Positions 1 through 14,040 of a stretch of DNA of 64,000 bases are shown piece by piece. This DNA is from Eledone cirrhosa. Its lineage: Eukaryota. The notes beneath the pieces are model-generated. The model saw nothing but the letters and a program-made list of their open reading frames with translations, ran no database searches and was not told the origin of the DNA. The translations under genes and the position numbers were made by a program. Numbering within the stretch: position 1 is the first letter of the stretch; each line of letters begins with the position of its first letter. The DNA lies in NCBI GenBank assembly GCA_964016885.1, contig OZ024753.1:42098001-42162000 (forward strand), written 5' to 3'.

Positions 1-518
1 CAAGTTGTGTTGTCAAGCAAGATGTTTCATTTCACATTGTTTTTTCATGATAAAACTGGAGCCTCTCTCATTAAAACACATAAGAAATCTTGTTTGAGAT
101 GGAACCTAGTAGGAGGCCAGCTACCCTTGGATATGTACGAGCTGTAACTTTCTTCTTTTTTTCCATATTTCTGTTTCATTTTTTTAAACATTTCAAGATC
201 TTACAGTTTCATGTGGCTGAGGACATTGAAAGATAAAAATCTTTGATATGACATCACAGCAGGGTTAATTGGTGGTTGGCCTATAAACACTTCTGAAACT
301 CAATAACTAGAGTTTGAAGTTGAACAAAAGGTTTCACATAAAGTAAAGAAATCTTATAGTATTAATCTGGATTTTGGAGGACTGGCTGACAAAAGGCTTT
401 GCCTTAAATAGAAATTCGACACAGATGAAGGAACAAAGCACAAAGAGAATATGTTTCTAGTTGTGTGCTCAAAGTTTTCAAAATGAGGTAGTATTGTGTT
501 ATTCAGTAAAGAATATTG

Positions 519-671
519 ACTCATTCATGTAAACAGCATATACGTGTGGAATAATGGCTTCTGATTTAGGTTGAAACCCACTCAAGCTTTACCCCCACCT
601 CAATTCCCAACTGATTCTGTCTAAATCAGAAGCCATTATTCCACACGTATATGCTGTTTACATGAATGAGT
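519..671. repeat. Perfect 51-bp inverted repeat with 51-bp spacer
   Basis: 519-569 is the reverse complement of 621-671. Confidence 0.9.
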
Positions 672-1201
672 TTACATGAATGGGACCTCACAATATCACA
701 GTGGGGTGGAGCTTGAGTGGGTTGAAGCCTGAGACCTCACAATATCACAGTGGGGTGGGGGGCTGAATGAAGGACCAACAGCAGTAAACTGCTAAGGGAG
801 ATGGAGCAATAGGTGACACCTGTAGCTCCCAAGAAAACTCTCACAACCCTGTGACATAACTATGACAAGGTAAGTAAATGCCGCCTCTAAAAAAGCCTAG
901 TCTTCATGGGTTTGACAAAGTACCAGATTGGTGACTGGCGCAAATAAGACCTCGAATCTGCAATATGGTGAGAGGAACACAAAAGAACCATATGGCATCG
1001 TCCTTTGCGTGGGTTAACAAGGGACACATTCAGGCCTTAGGTAGAGAGGCCTGTTTGAAAAATATTTCACATCGCTCCCTGACTTAAATGAGTTGTATCT
1101 GTAATTCAAAGGTTCACCTTTGTCCTACTTTATGTCACACCGAATCTCCCTGAGAATTATGTTAAGTTTACACGTGTCTGTAGTATAAGGAGAATCAGGG
1201 A

Positions 1202-1850
1202 CATCATCATCATCATCACCGTTTTACATCCATTCTTCCACGTTAGCATGGGTTAGACGAGTTGTCCTGTTGTGGGCAATGTGAGGTCAGGTGCTCATGC
1301 CTTGCTCATACAGAACTGATTTTTGTTTGGTTTCTACAGCTGGATGCCCTTCATAATGCCAACCTCATTTACAGAGTGGACTGGGTGCTTTTTGTCATGA
1401 CACCTACATGACCTCTTTACAGAGTGGACTGGGTGCTTTTTGTCATGGCACCTACATGACTTCTTTACAGAGTGGACTGGGTGCTTTTTGTCATGACACC
1501 TACATGACCTCTTTACAGAGTGGACTGGGTGCTTTTTGTCATGGCACCTACATGACTTCTTTACAGAGTGGACTGGGTGCTTTTTGTCATGACACCTACA
1601 TGACCTCTTTACAGAGTGGACTGGGTGCTTTTTGTCATGGCACCTACATGACTTCTTTACAGAGTGGACTGGGTGCTTTTTGTCATGACACCTACATGAC
1701 CTCTTTACAGAGTGGACTGGGTGCTTTTTGTCATGGCACCTACATGACTTCTTTACAGAGTGGATTGGGTGCTTTTTGTCATGACACCTACACGACCTCT
1801 TTACGATTGGAGTGGGTACTTTTTACCGTGCCACCATCACGACAGAGATC
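1202..1850 (-). mobile_element. RTE-related 3' UTR element with internal 48-bp minisatellite
   Basis: (CAT)n, GCATGGGTTAGACG and TTTCTACAGCTGGATGCCCTTC motifs shared with 31900-32075. Confidence 0.78.
1367..1802. repeat. 48-bp minisatellite (~9 units) with alternating A/B variants
   Basis: Unit TTTACAGAGTGGACTGGGTGCTTTTTGTCATG(A/G)CACCTACATGAC(C/T)TC. Confidence 0.92.
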
Positions 1851-2668
1851 AATAACAGATTTTGTTATTGTCTTTTATCTCTTTGATCTGATTCTATGCT
1901 AGATGTTGGTGTGTTAAGAGAGGAGCTGTCAACTGATTGCTATCTTATCTGCAACTTGAGACCAACTTAAGCCCAGGTAGACCACATAACTGGCATTAAT
2001 TTCACATTGTTCAAACAACTGGAACATTTGTCATCAGAGCTGAGACAGGGGGTTAACCAGATACACAGAGACATGAAGGCTCTTCAACTGGAGGTGGGAG
2101 AAAGAGAGAGAGAGAGAGAGAGTGTGTGAGAGACAGGCAGAGAGGTAGAGAGCAAGAGAGAGAAGCAGAGAGGTAGAGAGCAAGAGAGAGAGAGACAGAG
2201 AGGTAGAGAACAAGAGGGAGAGAGAGAGAGAGAGAGAGAGAGCAAGAGAAAGTGAGTGAATGAAAGAGAGTGAGAGAGAGAAAGCAAGACAGGGAGAGTG
2301 AGACACAGAGAGAGAAAGAGAGAGAGAGGTAGAGAGACAGACAGGGAGAGGGACAGAGAGACAGAGAGACAGAGAATGAGAGCTTTTAAGTATGGAATTG
2401 TATGGGTGTGTTTTAATAATAACATTTCTAAGCTTAATTCTGAACAAAATATTTACTCTCCCACGAAATTCCGATAAAGGCTACCCTCAGAACAACAACA
2501 ATTATAAATAGCTGAGAATACTCTCTGGATGCACAATAACTTCTACAGACATTTAATGTTGATCTATTGTTGAGAGAAAAAGCACTTTATAATATATACA
2601 CCACTCACTGCTCTTCTCCAGAGCCAATAACAATGTGAGCTGTGGCCCCAGTTAGTATATATATATAT

Positions 2669-2966
2669 ATACAATATGTTGAAAAGGTAACACACCAGAG
2701 AGATATATACAGTGCGCTATCAATAATACAGGGAAAAAACCACCAGTGTATGGAATCTATAACCTATGAAAGGCAGACTATAGACACGATAATTAAAAAT
2801 ATAAATTACAGCGTTTTATTTACGCTTTAATTTATATTTTTAATTATCGTGTCTATAGTCTGCCTTTCATAGGTTATAGATTCCATACACTGGTGGTTTT
2901 TCCCTGTTTTATTGATAGCGCACTGTATATATCTCTCTGGTGTGTTACCTTTTCAACATATTGTAT
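2669..2966. repeat. Near-perfect ~140-bp-arm inverted repeat after (TA)n
   Basis: 2669-2808 versus 2828-2966; inner AGCGT/ACGCT pairing extends the stem. Confidence 0.92.
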
Positions 2967-3267
2967 TTTAAAGAGCTCAGGATTTCTTCTCCTTTGAGCA
3001 CATTATTTACAGGGAATGGCGAGGGACTATGGCTCCGTTAATTTATCATTATATCGAGGTTGACTTTGCCTTTCATCCTTACGGGGTCGATAAAATAAAG
3101 TACCAGTAATGCACTGGGTAATTGCTGGCCTTGTGCCAAAAAGTAGAAACAATTATATATATATATATCATCATCATCAACGTTTAACGTCCGTGTTCCA
3201 CGCTTGCATGGGTTTGGACGGGGGTAGTCCCACTTGAGGCAAGAGTGATTGTCTTGCTCGCATAGGA

Positions 3268-3495
<228 letters not shown>

Positions 3496-3549
3496 GGTGT
3501 CCCTCAAAAATATGTATACACACTTCAACACCATTCTTATAAATATAGA

Positions 3550-3941
3550 GGCACATGGCTTAGAGGTTAGAGCATTGGTCTTGCAATCGAAAGGTTGTGA
3601 GTTCAATTCTCAGACCGGGTGATGTGTTGTTTCCTTGAGCAAGACACTTTATTTCACATTGTTCCAGTTTACTCAGCTGTAGAAATGAGATGATAGGGAC
3701 TGGGGTCCCTATCATTCCACTGCAAAGTGGTCGTGGAGGTGCCATGGCAAAAAAGCATCCAGCCCACACTGTAAAGTGGACATGTAGGCGCCACGGAAAA
3801 AAAAGCACCCACCAGTCACTGTAAATGAGGGTGTTGGGAAGGGCATCCAGCTGTAGAAATCAAGCTAGAATCAGTTCCCGTCCCAACCTTGCAAGCAGGG
3901 AAAAAGCGGACGTAAAATGAAATGATGATGATGATGATGAT
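3550..3941 (+). mobile_element. tRNA-derived SINE with RTE-derived 3' tail
   Basis: Pol III A box TGGCTTAGAGG and B box GTTCAATTC. The tail CCTTGCAAGCAGGGAAAAAGCGGACGTAAAAT..(GAT)n matches the RTE 3' end at 23165-23218 and 54120-54175. The same junction recurs at 22078-22360. Confidence 0.85.
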
Positions 3942-4056
3942 ATACATATATATCATCATCATCATCATTTTTACTTACTTTTACTACTATAGCCTGTATG
4001 GGTAATCAAAGTGTAATCATTTTTGGGGACACCCTGTGTGTGTGTATATACATATA

Positions 4057-4151
4057 TAGTGTCCCCTCAAAAATGTATACATACTTCACCATTCTAATAA
4101 ATATTGCCTGTACAGGTAATCAAAGTGTGCATACATTTTTTGAGGGACACC

Positions 4152-4154
<3 letters not shown>
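4057..4154. mobile_element. Tc1/mariner-like MITE (~95 bp); a second copy at 3493-4036 is split by a SINE insertion
   Basis: TIRs GTGTCCC(C)TCAAAAATGTATACA / TGCATACATTTTTTGAGGGACACCCTG in TA context. Confidence 0.65.
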
Positions 4155-4184
<30 letters not shown>

Positions 4185-4196
4185 TTACAAAGAGAG

Positions 4197-4232
4197 TCTT
4201 AATGTTTCAGACACTAGTCCTTCATCAGAAGA
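4197..4232 (-). ncRNA. Decayed copy of the same minimal hammerhead motif
   Basis: TCTT-CTGATGA-A-GGAC tagt GTCT-GAAA-CA-TT-AAGA; flanks 4190-4350 are homologous to 19938-20113. Confidence 0.5.
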
Positions 4233-5074
4233 TAGAATTAGAAATAAAAGATATATAGAAAGAAAAGAGTGAGAAGAGGGAAGAACAGGGAAAATGAGGG
4301 GGAAAAAAGGGAGAAAAAGAACATACATGTGTATTGAGTCAGTCATCTTGAAGAATTGCTGGTCAAGGGGTCTCTTACATATTAGAGAGGTTTAGAAAGG
4401 GAGATAATTAATGGACATGTGTGTATGTTTGTGTGAGCTGACAGACATAAGGGGGTGTACAAGAATGTATATGTATTTCTACATATATGTATATACACAC
4501 ATATAAATATATGTACACACATAATATATATATATATATATGTACACACACAATATATATATATATATATATATGTACACACACAATATATATATATATA
4601 TATACACACACAGACAATATATATATATATTTATATACACACACACAATATATATATATTTATATACACACATTGTGGTCCAGCCATTAGTCACGAGTCT
4701 TAAGCTATAATATTTCTTTCAGTCATTCTTCTGAAAGAAAACTGCAAAGTCATATCATTTCAATTTTAGCAGCAGCAGCAGCAACAGCGACAACAGCAGC
4801 AACAGCAACAGCAACAAGCTGATTCTGATTTTTGTCTGTTATTGAATTCACTAGGTTGCTGGTAAACAAAATGTATGTCTCACAACTATTGTTTAGGAAG
4901 ACTATAATGCCATCTGACCTTTTTTGGTCAAATTCTTCCTCTAAACCCACCAATTTGAGCTGCAATTGGAAGCCAGCAGTGTCCAAGTCATGTCTAATGA
5001 TCTTGTTCAGACTGACTAATGTCCTTCATCTCTGCAAAGGAGTGTCTGGGTTTCCGTGAAAATAGGTTTACGAC

Positions 5075-5258
5075 TATATGACTTGGTAAACACCTACAAA
5101 ATTATTAACCATCTTGTCTGAGTAACTTTTTGATTTCCATGTGTCTAACACACTATTCACTTCTCTGACATTTGTATATTATTCTATGTACTATACATGC
5201 ACCTTTGATGAGTTGTAGTGCACCTGAGCACTGTACACAATAATTTCATTATTATTAT
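5075..5258 (+). mobile_element. CR1/L2-like LINE 3' remnant
   Basis: DLVNTYKIINHL resembles the CR1 RT C-terminal motif. The tail CCTTTGATGAGTTGTAGTGCACCTGAGCACTGTACACAAT..(ATT)n recurs at 63025-63112. Confidence 0.55.
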
Positions 5259-6174
5259 AACTCTTTGCAGCAAAGAGTTATAGCCATTTATGGTCTGAGT
5301 TCAAATCCTGCCGAGGTTAACTTTGCCTTTCATCCTTACGGGGTCGAAAAAATAAAGTACGAGTAATACACTGGGTAATTGCTGGCCTTGTGCCAAAAGA
5401 AGAAATAATAATTATTATATAACTTTCGAGTTCCCCAAAAAGTTTCTGAACCAAAAAGGGTTCTGAGTTTGGAAAAGGTGGGAAACCCTGCTCTAACCCC
5501 TACAAATACTATAACAACAACAACAACACAACAAAACATACGACAATAGATAGATCAGTTTAATAAAGACAAGTGTTGGTTAGAAAAATAAAGTGTCTTT
5601 CTCAAGGACACAACACATCACCTGGTCCGTGAATTGAACTCACAACCTCTCGATTGTAAGCCCAATACTCTTACCACTCCAAATGCTACAACAAAAACAA
5701 CAAAATCACAATATAAGATAAATCAATTTAACAAAGACATGTTTTGTTTAGAAAATTGTTTTAATAGCAAAAATAATAGTAAATAAATTGTTTATTATGA
5801 TGTAAAATTTTCAATCTAGTTTTCATATTAAGCAAATATACAAATAAACAGATGTAATACAGCAATGAAGTGAATAGTGGATTTTTTACTGTTTTTTTTA
5901 CTGATTGTGTGTGTGTTTTTTACTAATTACTTTAGTTATTGATATAGTAATAATAATTGACACACTGATAAGTCACACATGCAAACATACTCACATAGTT
6001 ACAACTATACTCTTTGTACAGTTAACCTTGTTGTTGATGTTGTTTTCTTCTACCATGAATAGTTATCGCATGTCAGCAGATATATGTTTATATTCAACAT
6101 ATATATATATGTATATATATATGTATATATATATATATATAAATATAGCAAGCAATAGTGCTACTTGTATGTAA

Positions 6175-6208
<34 letters not shown>

Positions 6209-6437
6209 ATGTGTGTGTGTGTGTGTATATATAAAGTTAGTTCCACAACATATTAGCAAACCATCTTCGAGGATGCACGTTTCACCCAACAGATTCTCAA
6301 CTAGAGTGAGGCTGGAGGATACACTCATTCGCGAAGAATGATTTGCTAATTTTTTGTGAAACTAACTCTATATCGGACTCGTTCTTTGGACTGACTGTTC
6401 TACTTTCTAAGGATATAACCTCCCAGTTTTTTACCAC

Positions 6438-6495
<58 letters not shown>

Positions 6496-6842
6496 ATATA
6501 CATACATGCCGTTATATAGATGTATGTTTACATACATAAAACTATCTATAGATAGATGAGTGTACACATAACATATACATGAACACATGTTATGTGTATG
6601 TATGTGTGAGAATGTTTGTGTGTGTTTCACTTAAACTGATTTGGGAGCAGATTGTAAATCACATAAACTCAATGATTAGCAATGGATGATTAGCGATAGA
6701 TCAAGCGAAATGTATTTTTTTTAAAAAACTAAATTGAACAATATTCACAATATATGAAGATGAAAAATTAAAAAAAAACATTCTTTTTACATTATAATTT
6801 TTATATGAACATAATATGTGAAGGAGATCGTAAGTTCTAGAC

Positions 6843-7870
6843 CAGAGCTTCTCAAACCTTTTACCTCATAAACCCCCTTATAATAAAATTTAATTTCTAC
6901 ACGCCCTCCATTCCTATGGGTGGGGTGAATAGAAATTAAATTTGATTCATTCCCCCATTTACTAACTTGGAAAAAGTTAGTAAAATTGGTTCAACAATTA
7001 CACCAAGCTTGGGACATCTTGCTACAGCTGTTTGTTTTTGTTGGGTTTTTTTTTCTTAATTCTTTTTTTCATCCGGTAATACCAAATTCATTTAACTGTG
7101 ACCATAGACTGTTTCACGGCCAATCAGACATCTACCAGATGTAACGACATCAGTCAGCCTATATGATCCACTAAACCATCCGACATTCTACCAGATGTAA
7201 TGACATCTGTCAGTCTATATGATCCACTAAACCATCAGACATTCTACCAGATGTAACGACATCAGTCAGCCTATATGATCCACTAAACCATCCGACATTC
7301 TACCAGATGTAATGACATCTGTCAGTCTATATGATCCACTAAACCATCAGACATTCTACCAGATGTAATGACATCTGTCAGTCTATATGATCCACTAAAC
7401 CATCAGACATTCTACCAGATGTAATGACATCTGTCAGTCTATATGATCCACTAAACCATCAGACATTCTACCAGATGTAATGACATCTGTCAGTCTATAT
7501 GATCCACTAAACCATCAGACATTCTACCAGATGTAACATCTGTCAGTCTATATGATCCACTAAACCATCAGACATTCTACCAGATGTAATGACATCTGTC
7601 AGTCTGATCTGCTGAACCGTCAGACATTCTACCAGATTAATGACATCTGTCAGTCTATATGATCTTCTAAACCATCAGACATCTGCCAGATGTACAACAT
7701 CTGGTAGCTAGTTAACATGAACCAGCAATTTTTGTTCTTCTATTATAAAGGGATTAATAAATGCAAAGTAGTAAATACCACCACCACTCCAGTGTGTGGA
7801 GCCCCTAAGCTTTTATTCACCCCCCCTAGAGAGGGGCAGGGGTCTATCTGGGCCACTTTGAGAAGCCCTG
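6843..7870. mobile_element. Non-autonomous hAT (Charlie/Buster-type) element containing a 56-bp minisatellite
   Basis: Imperfect TIRs CAGAGCTTCTCAAA / TTTGAGAAGCCCTG; 8-bp TSD TTCTAGAC / CTCTAGAC (NTCTAGAN type). Confidence 0.75.
7122..7700. repeat. 56-bp minisatellite (~10 units)
   Basis: Unit AAACCATCAGACATTCTACCAGATGTAATGACATCTGTCAGTCTATATGATCCACT. Confidence 0.92.
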
Positions 7871-7925
7871 CTCTAGACTCTTCATACCACAATAATAACA
7901 ACAGAGTTTATACATAACATTATCA

Positions 7926-7965
7926 AAAAAAAAAAAAAAAAAAAAACAATTTACAAACTTTTATT
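7926..7965 (-). promoter_or_regulatory. Candidate polyadenylation signal for a long KLF 3' UTR
   Basis: Minus strand AATAAA at 7965-7960, followed ~14 nt later by a ~22-nt T run; no transcript evidence. Confidence 0.25.
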
Positions 7966-9325
7966 CATACATATCTGGTAATAAGGCCAAGCAAGGGTTT
8001 TTAAAATATCAAATGTATGAATGAAAAATCATTTGCATAAATTTACATATCACTTTCTTTTAATATATTTAAAAATAGAACAACAATTTTTTTATTTATT
8101 ATTATCAGTGACTTCACATATCACCACCATATATAGCAGCAAGCATTTTAAGGCCCTTTTTTTCTCTGCTAAAGCAGGGGTTAGCTTTGCAGGCTTCGTG
8201 AAAAGCTTCATATACTCCCTAAGGGGTCGTTTTTTTTCCCTTTCTTTTCTCTTTTTTTTTTCTTTTTTTTTTTTCTTTTTTTGGAAGCATTGTTATTCAG
8301 CTGAAAACCCTTCCTGATGCCAACCCTGTTTCTTTTTTTCAGTGTCGGGGGTGAAAGGGTCATCCAAGCATACAAAACATAGCTTCAAATGTGACCCCGC
8401 AAGATGAGTATATCACCATATATATATATAAAATAAAATATAAACGGATTGCATTAGAATTTAGAAACCCAAATATTAATTTAATGATGTTGGGAATTTG
8501 CAAAGCTGAATGAACTCAAGAATAAAAGAACATATTGAGAATATTTGTCACTGTTAAGACAATAATGATTGGAATCTTGGTAACAGAAAAGTGTGAGAGA
8601 GAGATTGTTCTTGTTGATGTCATGGTATAGAAACAAAATATGTGATGTTGATAACATTAACAGGATTCATATATATAGATGTAAGTATATGTTATGTGAT
8701 GTTTGTATGTATGTGTATATATGTCTATATATATATGTGTGTGTGTGTCTCTCTATATATATATGTATGTATATATATATGTATGTATGTATATATATAT
8801 ATCTATGTATCTGTATGCGTCTATATATATGTGTATGTATGTATATGTGTCTATATATATGTGTATGCATGTATATGTGTGTCTATATATATGTGTATGT
8901 ATGTATATGTGTGTCTATATATATATGTCTATATCAGAGATTATTCTTTGTTGTAACTCAGAGTTTTGTAATTGTGTGATCAGTGAACACAGAGCCATCT
9001 CAATACTATGATAAAAAAAAAACATTTTTACCCTACTTCGATATTGAGTTCTTTTTTCCCCCCTTGTTTGTAAACTCCCATGAATGGTTTTGATTGAGCA
9101 ACACATTTCATTGATATAAAATTTATACAATTTAATCTTTATAAGCTGTTTGACATTTCTAAAGTGGCACAGGTGACAGGTACTTTAAAACACAGGTGAA
9201 AGTCAATCAAATACCTGTCTCAACCCACCTGATGCATTACAAACTACACCTATATTGCACAGTGATTATCAGGCAAAATAAATGCCACATTTTACAGTTT
9301 TAACCCTCTCATGATCATATTTTAA

Positions 9326-9900
9326 CCCTTTAGCATTTACATTACTCTATATATACTATTGTATTTTCACAGTAAAGGCTTTACCTTACATAATATCTCA
9401 CATAACATTTACATTACTCTATATATACTATTGTATTTTCACAGTAAAGGCTTTACCTTACATAATATCTCACATAACATTTACATTACTCTATATATAC
9501 TATTGTATTTTCACAGTAAAGGCTTTACCTCACATAATATCTCACATAACATTTACATTACTCTATATATACTATTGTATTTTCACAGTAAAGGCTTTAC
9601 CTCACATAATATCTCACATAACATTTACATTACTTTATATATACTTTTATATTTTCATGGTAAAGGCTTTACCTCACATAATATCTCACATAACATTTAC
9701 ATTACGCTATATATACTTTTATATTTTCATGGTAAAGGCTTTTTCTCACATAATTATCTCACATGATATCAAATCTATGAGATTTTGAAATTATTTATTT
9801 TCAGAACAATACCTTAACACCAATATGAGTGGCCGGTTATGGCCAGTTTGAATAGAAAGAGGTGAGAGAATTCTGGCCGGATACAGCCGGTGCTAAAGGG
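9326..9900. mobile_element. piggyBac-type MITE with internal 72-bp tandem expansion
   Basis: TTAA|CCCTTTAGCA ... TGCTAAAGGG|TTAA; about six copies of a 72-bp subterminal unit at 9335-9765. Confidence 0.85.
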
Positions 9901-11756
9901 TTAAATGTATTTTTGTTGATTACCTCTTAACAAGTTGTAATGATTTAGAAAAAAAAAAAAAATGGGCTGTTAATTTAAATGCTTATAATATCTTTACTAG
10001 TGGACAGATCTTTGTAAAAAGACTGCAGTAAAATAAAGTCTAAAGTATAGACTTTAATATTTAATGTGATGTAGTCATGGTCTTGTTTTGTTCTTTTCAA
10101 GAATGTCATGCTAATGTGCTTTCATGTAGTCTGTTAATTCCAATGTTTATAGTATCTTTACTAGTAGATAGGTTTTTGTAAAGATTTGCAGTATTAAAGT
10201 AAAGACTTCAAATAGTAATGTGACTTAGTCACATTACTATTTTGTACTGTTCAAGAATGTCTTTTGTTAATTCAAATGTTTACATTATCTTTATTAATGG
10301 ACAGATTGTTGTGAAACTTTGCTATAAACTAAAGTATTTGATATTTAATGTGGTGCAGTCATGGTTGCTGTTTTGTATACAGGATGTTAAGAGTTAATTG
10401 TATTATCATAAAGGTATTTAGCAATATCACAAAGACTGAATGATCCATTTTCTGCAGTGTTTCTATGACTTTCACATAGTTCCATACAAAACAAAAGTGT
10501 CCTCAAGACTTGTAATACCAATTATTGCTTCTAGTTGACCATGTATATATATATATATACATACATATTACCAAGCTTTCTCGATCATATATATATATAC
10601 ACATACAAATTGTTGCATAGCAATGTAATGAAGCTGCTTACACTATATAATGCTCAAGTTTCAAAAAAGGCACAGTAAATATATTCATGCAGACGACAGA
10701 ATGGTCATTTGCAAATGTGTAATTATAAATTTATATACAGCATAAATGCACACACACACATATAACATATACAAACACACACATACATAGACTTGACTCA
10801 ATGTTCAAAGGGACCAAAATTCAAAGAGGACGAAGGAAAAGTTATACAAATATTTATACCAGATTTATAATATTTTAGCAAATGCAGAAAAAACAGAAAT
10901 AAACGAAAGACATGTAATGTGTGTGCTACTGAAACAGTAGAGATCTTCTTTCCTAAAGACTGAATTCTGAATAGGAAATCAGAGGTGATTTCGGCTTGTA
11001 AGCATATTACTGCTCCTACTAAATTCATCCACTTCTTCATGGTGACATGATAAAGCCTTTCCATCTCACACAATCCAACATTAACTGACTCAGTTCTTCA
11101 CCGGATAGTTCTATATCTTCCTCAAAGACTCTCTTTAATGTCTAGAAAGGTCTTCCCCATTTGGTTTTCACATTACTGGACTCCCATAGTATAAATTTTG
11201 TAGCAGGTTCTTCACCTCTCATGACATGATTTATAAGTTGGAAACGACTGACACAGATGGTATGGCTAATGGGTGGGATGTTGCTGTAGAGAATTTTGTT
11301 TCTAACATGGTCAAGAGGTTTGATATTCGTAATTATTGTATATTTTAAATGTAATTATTTTAGAGTCCTATCATTTATCATAACGGGATGTGAGCTAATT
11401 ATCATTATTTACATTCAAATAAATTGATTGGTTTTATTGGAAGAGATTCTTTGATCTTTGGAAATGGCGATTCCATAGATTGAACTGTTACTTGGTCTAA
11501 AAATATGGAAATGGTCTCGTATGTCTTTTATGAATAATTCCTTGAATTAATGAATCTCATTTGAATTATAATGTAGATGCTATGACATAAATGTGTGTAT
11601 ATGTATTAATGTGTGTACATATACATACATTTGTGTATGTATATGTGTGTATAAGAATAAGCATGTATATGAATGCATATGTATCATCATCATCATCATC
11701 ATCATCATTTAACATCTTTTCTCCCTACTAGTGAATATATATATGCACACACACAC

Positions 11757-11792
<36 letters not shown>

Positions 11793-12119
11793 AATATGAT
11801 AATAATGGAGCTGCGGAGTTGCAAATGGGTTACATATGAAAAAAGTTTGTCCTTCATCAGTGATCTTCCAACCATCATAGGCATTTCATCGCTTTAAAGA
11901 CCATATACCTCCGGTTGGTGCGAGCAACGGCTAAAAAAAGTCGTTGGGACACATAAATAAAGGGGACGCTAGGGTAAACAAACAAAATGGTTTAAGCAAC
12001 AGAAAGTGATGAAGAAAGAGACAAGTCCCAGATTTCTATGAATTTAAATTCGGTGAAATCGTGAACGAGAGAATAAAGACCATCAAACAAGATATTAAGA
12101 TATTATAGGCTAATGAACC

Positions 12120-12187
<68 letters not shown>

Positions 12188-12529
12188 ACATACATAATTA
12201 TATATATGTGGAAAAAATTGGATGTAAAATGATGATGGTGATGATGATGATACATGTATGCCTGAGGTACCTGTGTGCCTGTACATGAGTGCACAGGAAT
12301 GGGAATATATGTATGTATACAATGATGATGATGATGATGAGCAAATGCAGGTGTGAAGGTATTTGTAATTAAAGGTGTGTTGAGATTATATGCTTTCATG
12401 GGACAAGTAGTATAGGGGAAAATAATTAATTAGCTGTTGTATAGATGTCAACAGGTATGTAGATGTAGTCAGTGGAGTGTGTAAAATGAATGGCTTGGAC
12501 CAAATGGGTGAGTTTCTGTATGTATATGT

Positions 12530-12990
12530 AAGTCTGTGTATGTATGTGTAAGCCAGTGTATGTATGTGTAAGCCAGTGTATGTATATGTATGTATGTGTA
12601 TGTAAGCCAATGTAAGTATATGTATGTATGTATATGTAAGCCAATGTAAGTATATGTATGTATGTATGTATATGTAAGCCAATGTAAGTATATGTATGTA
12701 TGTGTATGTAAACCAATGTAAGTATATATATGTATGTATATGTAAACCAATGTAAGTATATGTATGTATGTATATGTAAGCCAATGTAAGTATATGTATG
12801 TATGTGTATGTAAACCAATGTAAGTATATATATGTATGTATATGTAAACCAATGTAAGTATATGTATGTATGTATATGTAAGCCAATGTAAGTATATGTA
12901 TGTATGTATATGTAAACCAATGTAAGTATATGTATGTATATGTAAACCAATGTATGTATATGTATGTATGTATGTATATGTAAGCCAATA
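12530..12990. repeat. ~30-34-bp TATG-based minisatellite
   Basis: Recurring GTAA(G/A)CCAATGTAAGTATATGTATGTAT. Confidence 0.85.
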
Positions 12991-13184
12991 AATCTATCTG
13001 TATCTATATCCAAGCTCTTTAGAATTAGACCTCATGCAATTTAATTTCTATGTCTATCTCACAGTTCCAGTACTATGTGGTGGTTTTCCTCCATCACATC
13101 CCCTGTCTATCAATGGCCCCTACTGTCCCCCTTGTCTTCTAGTGAGTGGCAGCACTCACATATCACAGATCTGATATTATGGAC

Positions 13185-13370
13185 ATATGGTTAGAATATC
13201 TCAGGAAAGAATCACTGGACAGATTTTATGGGCAAAACTAACTGGCAAAAGACCCAGGTATAGAACCCAAGCAAGAGTGTTGAATAAAATCCAGCTTGTT
13301 TGGTTTCACTTGGGGATCCAGCTAGATCAATTGCAGATGGTTGTTTCTGACAGGATCCACTGGAAGGATC
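13185..13370 (+). mobile_element. Degenerate LINE RT C-terminal remnant; homolog at about 52748-52910
   Basis: GAATCACTGGACAGATTTTA..GGCAAAAC.AACTGG shared by both loci; RITGQIL.AK.TG.RP-like translation. Confidence 0.45.
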
Positions 13371-13719
13371 ACTATCACTAAAATATCCAAGAAACTTATC
13401 TGGTAAACTCCTGTCACTATGGACCCTCCTACGACTCCTGAAGTCATGAAGGTGATTTAATTTCATGTAAGAACCTTTCTTAAGTTATGTTCCAAACCAT
13501 AGTCTGTGTCTTTCATTAGAAATATGGTAATGAAAGGTTTAAAGTGTTTATATTTATCATAATTTCATGTAAGAACCTTTCTTAAGTTATGTTCCAAACA
13601 GCAAATTACTAATGATAAAAATAGCTCTATTACTAAAATTCGCTAAATTCTTCATCGACTGTCATTAGAAATACAGTAATGAAACAGCTCACAGTATTAT
13701 TTATTTAAATAGGATACAT

Positions 13720-13750
<31 letters not shown>

Positions 13751-14040
13751 CTATTTTTAGAAACATTGAGTAGTTATGTATTTATTGAAACTTTAGAAGT
13801 TTTGACATATTTTTTTAATTGAAATATAGTCTAACAAAGCTAGGCATAAAAGCTTGTCGTATTTATTTTCAAATAAAAGTTTCTGAATGGAAGAAAAAGT
13901 CGCCAGTAGGTGACGCTGACATTTTTTTCCATTTAAGGGCTGCAATCCTCTCCCTTTCTTCCCATTCTTTCTTCCCTTGTCTAATAGTCCTTGCGCTTTC
14001 TCTCCTTTTCTTCTCAATTATGGCATTTATAGTCCTTTCC

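Noticed and set aside
1408-1902. 16-aa repeat proteins (also 52002-52748 and 62996-63460) and the 24-aa repeat at 9359-9766
   Set aside because: Translations of 48-bp and 72-bp minisatellites inside transposon remnants.
3550-3625. Possible tRNA gene
   Set aside because: Has A and B boxes but no convincing cloverleaf, and continues into a SINE body repeated in the window.
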